Shown: positions 7,501-17,640 of the stretch, in pieces | How the letters are laid out: each line of letters begins with the position of its first letter | Numbering within the stretch: position 1 is the first letter of the stretch | Assembly: GCA_963830365.1 (NCBI GenBank) | Contig: CAWHMU010000042.1 | Coordinates: 1-64,000 of the forward strand | Direction: 5' to 3' | Source: an uncultured Chlamydiae bacterium | Lineage (GTDB): Bacteria; Chlamydiota; Chlamydiia; Chlamydiales; Parachlamydiaceae | Length of the DNA: 64,000 nt | The notes under the pieces: generated by a model | What the model was told of the DNA's origin: nothing | Seen by the model: only the letters and a program-made list of their open reading frames with translations | Databases searched by the model: none | Translations under genes and position numbers: made by a program

Positions 7501-9108
7501 ATGGCCAGCCAAGTTGGAATTTACCGAGGATCATTCGATCCCCCACACCTCGGACACTTTGAAACAGTTAAGCATGCATTGCAAAATGGCATGACCTCTG
7601 TGACGATTGTTTATAGTGATGAAAATCAGTTCAAACCTTTTCGGACTAACAACAAAATTCGAAAAGAACTTTTGGAGAGAATGTTCGCTGGCATGCAAAA
7701 CGTGGTCATATCAGCCAAATCCTACAAAGCCGTTTTAAGTGACCTGCAATCAGATCCTACAATCGCTAAAATTCATCAAATCATAGGGTCCGACCTTTTA
7801 GATAAACCCGTGCGACCCATTAAACTACCAACAAAATTAGCGTACTTTATCATTCCAAGAATTGATTATCCTGTTGAAAAAGGTCTGTCTACATGGAATA
7901 ACTTGCCGGCCCAAATTGGCTGTAGAGAGCAGCTTATCCAGCAGCATAATTCCTCATCGAAATTGCGCTCTTTGCTCATCGAGAGAGATTTTCAAGCTGC
8001 GCAGCTCGGCCTCCACGCCAAAGTCTTCGATCAAATTCGTCGTCAAAATGTCTATCTCCTAACTGATAATGAATATCGAGATAGAGCCATGCTTAGAGAT
8101 GTAAAAAAAATTGTTCAAGATGAAATAGTCACTAAAAAATTAGTCCCTCTAGAAAAATACCCCCTTTCATTTCATTTAGGAAATGATATTGGCATTAGCG
8201 GCTTATCAGGTGATGTGGTTTGCTTTGTCAAAGATGTGCATGGACAAGTGCGCTTAGTGGTCAAAATTTTCCGCGGAGATGACTATAAAAGCAATTACGA
8301 AAGTGAACTCGCAGGTTATGAAACCCTCTCACAATTAAACTTGAAATTTGTAAAGACTCCCAAGCTGTTTTTTTCACATCAGAAGGGGGATTTTGCTTTC
8401 ATTGGCATGAGCTTTGCCACCGGTAAATCTCTTGCAGACTTGATGCAAAGTAGTCCTGAGGCAATACGGTTGTGCGCACGAGCAAATCTTGAGTTACATC
8501 AGGCTCAAAGAAGTTCAACGTCCGCGGTAAATGCTGATCAGATAGCTATCTATGAACAAGCCATCACAAACGTTATCAATAGATTAAAAACCATCCCTAC
8601 ACCTTTCCTGGCTGGCAATGTCATCACAAAATTAACCACTCGCTGGTCACAAATTCACCGATCTTTTATTGCCAACCCCGGCTTACAAAGTTTCACTCAT
8701 GGCGATCCAAACCACAGTAATTGGATTGTCGATCTGAATAGCAATTGCGTGACTTACATTGACTTGAGTTTGTTTAAACGCTCTATTTCCTCTCAAAAAA
8801 AGCCCTGTGGATTTGCCATCAGTGAACTCGAAGAGTCGCTATTAGCTTTTCGGATTGCCGCAAAGCGCATGGGCGGTTTCACTGATGACAAAATTCGAGA
8901 GATGCAAAACACATATAAAACTGAATATATGGCGCATGCTCCTGCTGATATCACCACACCCGAAGCTAAGCAATATTTTGCTTCCTACTGGACGTTACGT
9001 GTCATCGGAAGCATCATAAAAAAACTTATCGGTTCCTCGTCTACCGAGGCCGTCTCAAAATACCAAACGCAACTAATAAATTCGATTAATTCGTTTATTA
9101 GCCAATAA
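7501..9108 (+). CDS. HxGH nucleotidyltransferase (NadD/CoaD-like) fused to an APH/choline-kinase-like phosphotransferase
   Basis: GSFDPPHLGH, IIGSD and SSSKLR in the N-part; GLSG, VVKIF, HGDPNHSN and YIDL in the C-part. Confidence 0.8.
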   Translation: MASQVGIYRGSFDPPHLGHFETVKHALQNGMTSVTIVYSDENQFKPFRTNNKIRKELLERMFAGMQNVVISAKSYKAVLSDLQSDPTIAKIHQIIGSDLLDKPVRPIKLPTKLAYFIIPRIDYPVEKGLSTWNNLPAQIGCREQLIQQHNSSSKLRSLLIERDFQAAQLGLHAKVFDQIRRQNVYLLTDNEYRDRAMLRDVKKIVQDEIVTKKLVPLEKYPLSFHLGNDIGISGLSGDVVCFVKDVHGQVRLVVKIFRGDDYKSNYESELAGYETLSQLNLKFVKTPKLFFSHQKGDFAFIGMSFATGKSLADLMQSSPEAIRLCARANLELHQAQRSSTSAVNADQIAIYEQAITNVINRLKTIPTPFLAGNVITKLTTRWSQIHRSFIANPGLQSFTHGDPNHSNWIVDLNSNCVTYIDLSLFKRSISSQKKPCGFAISELEESLLAFRIAAKRMGGFTDDKIREMQNTYKTEYMAHAPADITTPEAKQYFASYWTLRVIGSIIKKLIGSSSTEAVSKYQTQLINSINSFISQ

Positions 9109-9126
9109 TAACAATTAAAAAAAACA

Positions 9127-9365
9127 GGGGCATCACACAAATGAGTGGTTGACAGAGCTAACATCTTAAAAACGCATAATGTAGGCTTTGGCTGAACGGT
9201 TTGGGGTCAGGCTTGCGATTTGCGATTTGAAAGGAGTCGGGCTTTCTAATGCATTTAGGACTTTCAAATCACAAATCACAAGCCAGACCCCAATCCTCAA
9301 AGTCCTTTCACGTCATGAGTTCTTGAGCGGTCATCTCTGTCAACCACTCGTTTGTGTGATGAACC
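9127..9365 (+). mobile_element. Family-D MITE
   Basis: 239 bp, termini GGGGCATCACACAAA...TTTGTGTGATGAACC, 8-bp TSD AAAAAACA. Confidence 0.92.
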
Positions 9366-9391
9366 AAAAAACAACCATAAGAATAATCATC

Positions 9392-10365
9392 ATGAGTCAT
9401 AGAAAATTTTTCGCCGTTTATGTATTAATGTGCTTTTTAATGAACGCTACCCTAAAAGCTGACATTCCATATTCACTTGATCCATTATTAAATTATAAAC
9501 AGACTGTTCAAGGTTTTAGCTGTTCTTTATTTTGGAATTCGATGAAATGGCAACGGGAAGATACCGATAGCCAATTTATGGATGATAAAGACGTAAAGAT
9601 GGTGGAGCAGAATTACATTCAATTTTGCCAAAATTTTAAAGAATTGCCTACACATGACTACAGCAGACCCCCTATAAAATTTTCAATTCCCCCGATCATT
9701 CATTTCATTTGGTTAGGTTCGCAAGCTCCAGCTAAAGTCACGGCGGCTTTCGACTCCTGGAGAAAACATCATCCTGGTTGGGAAGTGAAAATTTGGACAG
9801 AACAGACGTTAGCCGGTTTTTTGTGGTCAAATCAACGTGTGTGCCAGGCTTTCGAACAAGCAGTTACCTGGGCAGAAAAAGCTGATATATTGCGCATCGA
9901 AGTACTCTACAAATTTGGGGGATCTATAGCGATGCCGATGTGGTTTGTCTCAACTCTTTTCAAGACTTAATTGTTCAAGACATCGGCTTCTTTAGCTGCT
10001 TTGAGTTGAATTATGTCGGTAAACACTATGGAGAACCCTTTTTTGTGGGCAGTGCCGTTATGGGTGCTGCAAAAAACAGCCATGTCATGAAATTTTGTTT
10101 AGAAAATTTGCAAACCGCCCTGGATAATCCCAATGAAGGAATCATCAAGCGTACAGGTCCAGGCCTGATTAGCCGAGCATGTCAAGCAGTGCTTTTAAAT
10201 AAAAATGAAAAAATCCTTATTTTGCCCTGTAGCTATTTATACCCGCTGCCGTGGAAAAAACGAGATGTAACCAGTGAAAGTGTGTTGGAGTATATCAATT
10301 CAGAATCTCTGGCCATTCATTTATGGGATGGCTCATGGTGTCCCGAAAAGAAGAAGAAGAAGTAA
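9392..10365 (+). pseudogene. GT32/DxD (OCH1/TcdA-like) glycosyltransferase split by a 1-nt frameshift
   Basis: IPPIIHFIWLG and KADILRIEVLYKFGG in one frame, IYSDAD..TGPG..IHLWDGSW in another; junction is G5 at 9917-9921, where G6 would restore FGGIYSDAD. Confidence 0.8.
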
Positions 10366-11631
10366 GTGACCATGCACATTCACGTAGAAGTAGGCAATAC
10401 ATTTTCCACTAAGCATATCGATGCTATTATCAAACTTCAAAGTTTGTGGCGCGGACATCGAGTGAGAAGAAATTATATTTCTCAAGATCACTACTTTTCT
10501 GCCAAACAGTACTTGGATAAATGCCAGGATATAACTGGTCTACCTAAAGCTAGCTGTGGAATAACCAGGGTATACCTCCCTCCAAATTTACCAGTGGTCT
10601 TTAAAGCCCTGGGGATGCAGAAAAGTAAAAGGCGCTTTTTCACCATGTGGAAGGCAAGAGATTTATGTCAAAGAAATGGTTATAGACACCTTTTGATTCC
10701 CACCGCTCGTCCATATAAAGAATATAACATCGAAGATAAACTGCCTGTGCATGATGTCAAACAAAGAGAACAAATTGCTTTATACGGAGAAAACTGGAAA
10801 AGCTTTTCTCCGGCCATAAGAGAATTTACTGGTTTTTTGTGCCAATCTATCTTTCCTGACATTTTGACATTGTCTCATCCTTATCAGGAGGAAAATGAAA
10901 TCCCTCTTGGTCGATGTGACAACCTTCCTTTAATGCTCGATAAGGAGGATGGAAAAATTGCCCTCATCGACCTCGGAGGACACCAAATAAGAAAGGGAAA
11001 ACCATCGTCAGCAGAGGCTTTAGAATGTGCTAAAACAGTAATTTTTATCTTCCCCTATCATTTTGATGATATATTCGATGTCGTGAAGACATTTTGTCCC
11101 GGCATAATTGAGAAACGCCTCCACTTACAAGAGCTTTGTGCCCAAGCGCTTACACGCTTTAAGAAAATTTATGAAAACCATCGCGATTTTGTTCAAAAAA
11201 AAATCATCTCAGGGGGATTGTCCAGGCATTCATTTTCTGAGCAGAGAAAGCAAGTTATTCTACAAAAGGTACAATCATCGCTCTCTACGGCGAGTAAACG
11301 AACTCAGCCACCAGCCAGTGACCGACATGATGTGACATCGTTGAATGAGGAAGCTTTGGCTTTTTTCATCGAAAAAGTCATCTCCCTGCTCATTAATGAA
11401 TCAACGAAGAATAAAACTCCAAAGCAACCCCTAATTCCTTATGTTTGCTCTAGAAGCATTGCTCTGCACAGTAAAGACTTATCTGATATGTCTCAAGGCA
11501 GATTGAGTAAAAGCAATGCGCAAATTGTGCTTAAAATTATTTTAGATGAGTTGGTTCAGGGTAATGAACTTTGTTATGTAAATAAGTATACCAATCGTTT
11601 CAAGGAGAGTGTGTTTAAAATACATTATTAA
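10366..11631 (+). CDS. Hypothetical protein with IQ motif and possible atypical kinase fold; candidate effector
   Basis: LQSLWRGHRVRRNY fits the IQ consensus; VFK, RCDN and IALIDLG resemble kinase motifs. Confidence 0.6.
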   Translation: MTMHIHVEVGNTFSTKHIDAIIKLQSLWRGHRVRRNYISQDHYFSAKQYLDKCQDITGLPKASCGITRVYLPPNLPVVFKALGMQKSKRRFFTMWKARDLCQRNGYRHLLIPTARPYKEYNIEDKLPVHDVKQREQIALYGENWKSFSPAIREFTGFLCQSIFPDILTLSHPYQEENEIPLGRCDNLPLMLDKEDGKIALIDLGGHQIRKGKPSSAEALECAKTVIFIFPYHFDDIFDVVKTFCPGIIEKRLHLQELCAQALTRFKKIYENHRDFVQKKIISGGLSRHSFSEQRKQVILQKVQSSLSTASKRTQPPASDRHDVTSLNEEALAFFIEKVISLLINESTKNKTPKQPLIPYVCSRSIALHSKDLSDMSQGRLSKSNAQIVLKIILDELVQGNELCYVNKYTNRFKESVFKIHY

Positions 11632-11661
11632 GAACCAGGTGATAGATAGGTTAAACAGGTT

Positions 11662-13422
11662 GTGTTGGTTATGAAAAGTGTCAAAATCGCTATATTAAGT
11701 TTGTATTGTGTTGTTGGGGTGTTCTTTAATCATTGTTCGGCTTGTGATTCATTAGAAGCTTTACGCAATACATATAAAATAGAAAATAATATTTTAACAG
11801 CAGCTTCCGGTCAAAAATACTCTCGCTATCCTTTTGAAAGCAAACTCCACTTTGACTTAACCTATTATATGAAAGATCTCAAAGCTGCTGAAATTGTCTA
11901 TAAGGCCTATAAAAACCATATTCTGCCCGTCATTGTGAACCTGCCGGAGGATGGCACCTCAAATGCTGCCAATGAAGCTTTTTCCAAAGCGCTAATAGAA
12001 ATATGTCTGTTATTCGGAAATCCAAAACACTCCCCCGAGAAGCCATTTCTCTGTGCTTTAGGGCATCAAGGTAATTATGGTTTAAAATGGATCAAAGAAC
12101 ACTCTCAAGTGATTAAAGATTTTATTGAAGAAGCTGATACGCCCTTATATGCTCTTATCGGGGAAAAGAAAAAATCCGCAGTCTTTACGATAGCTATAAT
12201 TACTACCACGGCAAGTGGAGGTAACTATTCTGTTGCAGAATCCATGGCCGCCCTCTTGGCAAAGAATATAAATATTAGACCCATTTTAATTGACGTTGAA
12301 GAGATCGCAAGAGAAATTGATCCTGTCATGATTGCAACAAGTACATACACCTATGACATGATTTATTCGTGCATATTCCAAAAAACAAACGATTTCAGCG
12401 TGATCCCCGGACGAAAAAAATTAAACCGAGAAATACAACAATATATTCCGACAACACTATTGGCGAGATTAAAACAAAAACTTGTTATTTTAAACCCTGA
12501 TTTAATCATCTCGACCCGTTCTTATACTTCTGATGACATCGGTCTGTCAACGCTTGGAATTCCGTTTAGGATGTTTCATCCGGATTTTGAGTTATGCCCA
12601 TCATTATGTGCCTACTACAGAAATGTATCTGCCGATTCGATTCGATTTTGGATACCCATATGCCGACCAAGTATGTTTAAGCCTCTTTTCGAGAATTACA
12701 AACGTTTAGATATCTATGATGAAAAAGACGAGAATAACACTCTTTTAAAAAAGTTGAGTATTTTTTTAAATGTGCCGCAAGCCGCTTTCAAAGCCCAATT
12801 TGAAGTGATCGGCTATCCATGTTTTAATTTTTTCAAAATAAACGATGGTGTTCAACTTGCTGAATTAAGACAAAAGTGGGGCATACAACGGGGGGAAATG
12901 CCTGTTTTTATCATGATGGGAAAGCATGGCGCAAATGCGATCAAGGAAATATTTAACAATATATTACACTCTGCATCGTCGTTGCCTATAAAATATATCT
13001 TCATTTGTGGAAAAAATAATGCGCTAAAAGATGAATTAGAAGGGAAACTGTCTGAGTCGATAAATAAAAATAAAATCACCATTCTAGGTCTATTAAATCC
13101 AAAGCAAATGAACGAGATAATGAATATTTCATTGCTGGGCATTTCTAAAGCTGGTGGAGCCACCGTGATTGAATCCGTAATAACAAATCGGCATTTACTA
13201 TTGATGCATTCTTATCCTTGGGAAGAAATTAATGCCTCATATTTAATGGAGATAGGACTTGCGACAAAATACGACTCAAAAAAATCATTGCTTGAACAAA
13301 TTGAAAATTGTATTAAAAAATGCAATTCAAATGTCCAAACAAATTCACCTTTAGACAATTGGCAGAACAACCTGATGCTAAACGTAGAATCATGTATGAA
13401 TGACATGCCCTTGGTTGAATAG
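11662..13422 (+). CDS. MGDG synthase/UgtP-like (GT28) glycosyltransferase with N-terminal extension
   Basis: TTTASGGN, FICGKN, ISKAGGATVIE, PWEEINA. Confidence 0.75.
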   Translation: MLVMKSVKIAILSLYCVVGVFFNHCSACDSLEALRNTYKIENNILTAASGQKYSRYPFESKLHFDLTYYMKDLKAAEIVYKAYKNHILPVIVNLPEDGTSNAANEAFSKALIEICLLFGNPKHSPEKPFLCALGHQGNYGLKWIKEHSQVIKDFIEEADTPLYALIGEKKKSAVFTIAIITTTASGGNYSVAESMAALLAKNINIRPILIDVEEIAREIDPVMIATSTYTYDMIYSCIFQKTNDFSVIPGRKKLNREIQQYIPTTLLARLKQKLVILNPDLIISTRSYTSDDIGLSTLGIPFRMFHPDFELCPSLCAYYRNVSADSIRFWIPICRPSMFKPLFENYKRLDIYDEKDENNTLLKKLSIFLNVPQAAFKAQFEVIGYPCFNFFKINDGVQLAELRQKWGIQRGEMPVFIMMGKHGANAIKEIFNNILHSASSLPIKYIFICGKNNALKDELEGKLSESINKNKITILGLLNPKQMNEIMNISLLGISKAGGATVIESVITNRHLLLMHSYPWEEINASYLMEIGLATKYDSKKSLLEQIENCIKKCNSNVQTNSPLDNWQNNLMLNVESCMNDMPLVE

Positions 13423-13469
13423 ATATCTTATGCACAGATAAACAGGCCAGCCAACCGAACTCTATACAT

Positions 13470-13860
13470 GGCTATTATCATCTTCATAGGGAAATATTCG
13501 GTCACCAAAGCAAAAAGAGAGGAACTCCTACGGAGTTTAACAAGAATATGTGTTTTCCCGCAGCTGCGGGTGTCTTCGCTTTCGCTCGCACGCCTTAGCC
13601 ACGGGCTACAAAGAGATAAGCTCCGCCAATAAAAAAATTTTTGAAATGTATTTACAATGAGGTTTGTTAGTCTACCTTATCTGCCGCTACAAAGGCCATG
13701 CGTTCTTTTGAGGTCTTGCAGATCGATCTCTTTATAGCCCGTAGTTAAGGCACGCGAGCGAAAGCGAAGACAGCCAAGCTACGGGAAAACGCATAATTGC
13801 ATTTAACTCCTTAGGAGTTCCTCTCTTTTTTGCTTGCTTGACCGAATAGGCGTCATGCCC
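13470..13860. repeat. Family-B long palindromic element
   Basis: Arms TATTCGGTCA..AAAAAGAGAGGAACTCCTACGGAG / CTCCTTAGGAGTTCCTCTCTTTTT..TGACCGAATA; inverted homologue at 33933-34326; boundaries approximate. Confidence 0.85.
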
Positions 13861-14115
13861 TAAGTCTTCAGCAGGTCTGAACTAAAGGCAAGCTAGCATT
13901 ACTTAAGTATGGCTTTTATACCGAATTTGAGCAGATGGCGTTGTGTCTGATGCCGGAAGATTTGAAGACCGCAAGACAATTGGGATGTTGCGTAGTTGGT
14001 GCCAGGAATTGCAAGGGTAGTAGTCGGCGTACTAGATCAAATTTATTTGTTCTTTTTAAAATTTATATATGTTACATAAAAGTCATTATTTGCCCCAAAG
14101 AATCAAGGTGTCCCT

Positions 14116-14506
14116 ATGGCACAAATGACTGATATATGTTTTTCACCGATAAAATCTAAGATCTTCAGCGGATAGGTATTATATCACCACAATTATTCTC
14201 ACAGGTGGAAACGGTACACGGCTTGAGCCTCAGACAAACACTGGCTGTAAGCCGGCTATTTGTTTTGGAGGCAGATATCGTTTGATCGCTATTCCTATTT
14301 CGAATGCCATTCATTATGGTTGTTCTGAAATTTTCATTATTTCCCAATATCTTTCGTCTTCTCTTAACCAGCACATCTTTGACACATCTCAACCAGGTGC
14401 ATTTTCTTCTACTGATATTGAGCTTATATCAGCAGAAAAGATATGGAAGAATTCAGATGGCAGACTGATTAAGGCGCCATCTGCAACTATCCATGCTGAT
14501 GGCTAG
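14116..14506 (+). pseudogene. glgC: Truncated, frameshifted glucose-1-phosphate adenylyltransferase
   Basis: IILTGGNGTRL..CKPAICFGGRYRLIAIPISNA..IISQYLSSSLNQHI; ATG 14116 is out of frame with this segment and the frame stops at 14506. Confidence 0.8.
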
Positions 14507-14585
14507 TGGCGGCGGGCACAAGCATTGGAATAACAACCTAAACTGTTAAAATTATTGCTGTTTGAGGAGAGGGGGAGTCAAAAAA

Positions 14586-15905
14586 ATGTGGAAAATTGGC
14601 AAATGGTCCCTTACTCTTCGTTCTCCAATTTTTTTAGTTGTTGTTTCGCTTTGTATTTATTTGTTGATGTGGTTTTTAGCTGCTATTGGGACCATATTAT
14701 GTCATTGCTGGCCGCTGAAAAACTGGGCCACTTCCCTAGGCGTTGCAGGCTATTACCTTTTTTCCTTTTCACTGTTGTTGTCATCGCGCTGGAAAAGGCT
14801 CGAGGATTGGTTTGGAGGATTGGACCAGATCTATCATATTCATAGAAAACTTGGCATTTGGGGATTCTGTTTAATTTGCCTTCATCCGCTGGCCGAAGCC
14901 CTTAAATGGCTTCCAGATCATATCGAAAAGTTTGTTGTTTTTATACTGCCCATCCATGGCAGACTGTCGGTGAACCTCGGCTCCTATGCATTTTGGCTGA
15001 TGATGTTAATCCTTGGCATTACTTTCTTAAAGCTTCTGCCTTACAACAAATGGAAAATTCTGCACAAGTTTATGAGCCTCGTTTTTCTTTTAGCTTCACT
15101 CCATATTATTCTGTCCGACAAGAGGGTTGGATCAGAATTTTCCCAGTCGATGCTCTATCTTCCTATGGGTATTGGGTTTTTAGGGATTTTTTATAAACAG
15201 ATCTACAACCCTCTCTTTGCCAAACAGGCATCATTTGTCGTCACCAATGTTAAAAATATAAATGACAATGTGGTTGAAGTAGTCTTGAGTCCTAAAGAAG
15301 AGCTCCTAAGGTTTATTCCCGGCCAATATGGTTTTTTTACTTTTTATGGGCCCTCACTATCTTTAGAATCTCATCCGTTCACTTTGATCGAGTCAGCCGA
15401 AGGTTTGACAATATCTCTTTTGGTCAAAGCTCGGGGCGATTATACGATAAATTTATGCCGACATATCAAAAAAGGGCATATTGGTGCATTTGAGGGTCCT
15501 TATGGTCGTTTTAATTATAATCAAACAGGCTCTTTGCAAATATGGATAGCTGGCGGCATCGGAGTCGTTCCATTTTTAGCTTGGATAAGGGCAATGCAGA
15601 GAACTTTCCGACAAGGGGTCAAGATTGACTTCTATTACTGCATTCACAGGGAAGCCGATGCGGTGTTCTATAGCGAGTTCAAAGAATTCAGTCTAGCTTA
15701 CCCAGACTTCCGTATTTTTTTGTGTTGTTCTGAAAAGGGAAATAGGCTCGATATTCATAAAATTATTGATTTCAGTGGCCATATAAGTAATCAGCAAATT
15801 TACATGTGCGGTCCGCTGAAGCTAACAAGTGATTTTAAGGCACAATTTCAGGCTAACGGGGTAAGCAATGATAATATCTTTGTGGAAGACTTCGAGTTCT
15901 TTTAA
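14586..15905 (+). CDS. Ferric-reductase-like membrane oxidoreductase with FAD/NAD-binding domains
   Basis: His-containing TM helices (IHRKLG, LHP, LHK, LHI), PGQY, HPFT, EGPYG, IAGGIGVVPF, MCGP, EDFEF. Confidence 0.9.
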   Translation: MWKIGKWSLTLRSPIFLVVVSLCIYLLMWFLAAIGTILCHCWPLKNWATSLGVAGYYLFSFSLLLSSRWKRLEDWFGGLDQIYHIHRKLGIWGFCLICLHPLAEALKWLPDHIEKFVVFILPIHGRLSVNLGSYAFWLMMLILGITFLKLLPYNKWKILHKFMSLVFLLASLHIILSDKRVGSEFSQSMLYLPMGIGFLGIFYKQIYNPLFAKQASFVVTNVKNINDNVVEVVLSPKEELLRFIPGQYGFFTFYGPSLSLESHPFTLIESAEGLTISLLVKARGDYTINLCRHIKKGHIGAFEGPYGRFNYNQTGSLQIWIAGGIGVVPFLAWIRAMQRTFRQGVKIDFYYCIHREADAVFYSEFKEFSLAYPDFRIFLCCSEKGNRLDIHKIIDFSGHISNQQIYMCGPLKLTSDFKAQFQANGVSNDNIFVEDFEFF

Positions 15906-16227
15906 CTGCGCACTCCGCCCTGTCAGCAGACGCCTCATGCCTTCAAGCTATTCCATTAGATGGAGGCCCGCCACTTGGCAATTTGGATGAGCGAAAAACT
16001 ATCTTTGCAGGTTCGCCGTCACCCACATTGACCCACAAACAGCCAATTCTTGCGACCAATTGTCAGGTCCGACGGTTGTGCCGCCATTATTAACTCTTAA
16101 TCGAACACGGGGGCAGGCCGGCCCTTTTCATTTCCTGACCCCTTTTTCAATTTCCCGGGAAATTAGGTTGCAAGCCTTTTACTTTAGAAATTCATGAATG
16201 ATGATGTGTTGCTTTTCGCAAGCTAAA

Positions 16228-16610
16228 GGTTCATCACGCAAATGAGTACCTAATTAACAAAACCCAAGAGCAATCTCCAATTTTCTTCTCTGTGCCTCTG
16301 TGTCTCGGTGGTGAAGCTTTTTGTAACACTTAGATTAATAATGCTATGCCACCAGCAAGCAGATTTCACCACAGAGGCACAGAGTCACAGAGAAGTTCGG
16401 GAAAACCTCATAGGCATACATTTGTTTGATGAACCGGTTTTGATTTGTATATTCTCGATTTGATTGGTATGGTGCAACAGTAAAACAGGCATGTTAAATT
16501 CATTTTTACTTCAAGAGACCTAATAGATGTCTGCTTCTCTTTTTTCAACCATTTCAAACTAAGCCATTTCCCCCATTCTCTAGGACAGGTACTCATTTGC
16601 GTGATGAGCC
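16228..16610. mobile_element. Composite MITE: family-E element (16228-16435) plus an extra arm and terminus
   Basis: GGTTCATCACGCAAATGAGTACC...GGTACTCATTTGCGTGATGAGCC; 8-bp TSD AAGCTAAA flanks the whole unit. Confidence 0.9.
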
Positions 16611-16789
16611 AAGCTAAAGCCATCAAGAATAGAAGTAATCGATTTCTTTATTTGTCCCAGGATCGATGATCCTCCAATTCGAACGAAGACGATAACAGTC
16701 AAAATGAATGTGCTAGATAATAGGATAATTTTTCTTTAAAAAATTTAAGAAATTCTGATAAGGTTAGCCCTCAAGAGAAAAGGAGAATC

Positions 16790-17545
16790 ATGAAAAAGAC
16801 ATTATGTTGCCTTTTAGTTTTCGCTGCACATCATGTTTTTGCAGTCTTTAACGAACCTCATTTCGAGGGGATAAATTCAGAGTGGACACAAGCTGTGACA
16901 GTTAAAAAAAGACTAGAAATCATTAACCAATTTCTGCCTGATAACCCGATGGTTTTTGAAGTTGGAGCTTTTGATGGTTGTGAATCTGTCACTCTTGCAA
17001 AATTGTGGCCAAACGGCACTATTATTTCGTTTGAAGCAAATCCAAGCCAGTTTGTCAAATATCAAGAAAAAGCCATTGATTTCACAAATATGCACGGCTA
17101 TAACCTGGCCGTTAATACTTACAATGGTACTGCTGAGTTTTATCTTTGCTGGGGAACCAATGGTACAGATCCTATTTATGAAGGCGCAAGCTCATTATTA
17201 CCATCTGCAGAAAGCATGAAAATTCATTATATGGGCCCTAAGATTACAGTTCCCTGCGTCGTCTTGGATGACTGGTGCTTGAGTCACCAGATCGACTCTT
17301 TTGACTTTATGTGGCTTGATTTAGAAGGGTTTGAGCTACCATTTCTAAAAAGCTCTCCAAATATTCTTAATACTGTCAAAGTAATCTATACCGAAACTAA
17401 TTTTTATCGCTTTAGAGAGGGGATGACTCAATACTCAGACCTGAAGTCTTTTTTAGAATCCCAAGGTTTTACGATGATTGCCCACTGGTATAGCGAAGGG
17501 TTACAAGGGGATGCCGTTTTTGTTCGCAACGAATTAGCGAGATAA
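16790..17545 (+). CDS. FkbM-family methyltransferase
   Basis: FEVGAFDG, SFEANP, LDDW, DFMWLDLEGFEL; AAGGAG RBS. Confidence 0.9.
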   Translation: MKKTLCCLLVFAAHHVFAVFNEPHFEGINSEWTQAVTVKKRLEIINQFLPDNPMVFEVGAFDGCESVTLAKLWPNGTIISFEANPSQFVKYQEKAIDFTNMHGYNLAVNTYNGTAEFYLCWGTNGTDPIYEGASSLLPSAESMKIHYMGPKITVPCVVLDDWCLSHQIDSFDFMWLDLEGFELPFLKSSPNILNTVKVIYTETNFYRFREGMTQYSDLKSFLESQGFTMIAHWYSEGLQGDAVFVRNELAR

Positions 17546-17640
17546 ATGAATAATGCGGTCAGGCATGGCATTTGGAGGTTTGGCACTTAGCATATTGATA
17601 GCAAAATGTTGGTTCATCCGGTTTTGTAGGACTCATAATC

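Noticed and set aside
9149..9180. TTGACA..CATAAT in family D as a portable promoter
   Set aside because: Spacer is 20 bp and TTGACA is not kept in all copies
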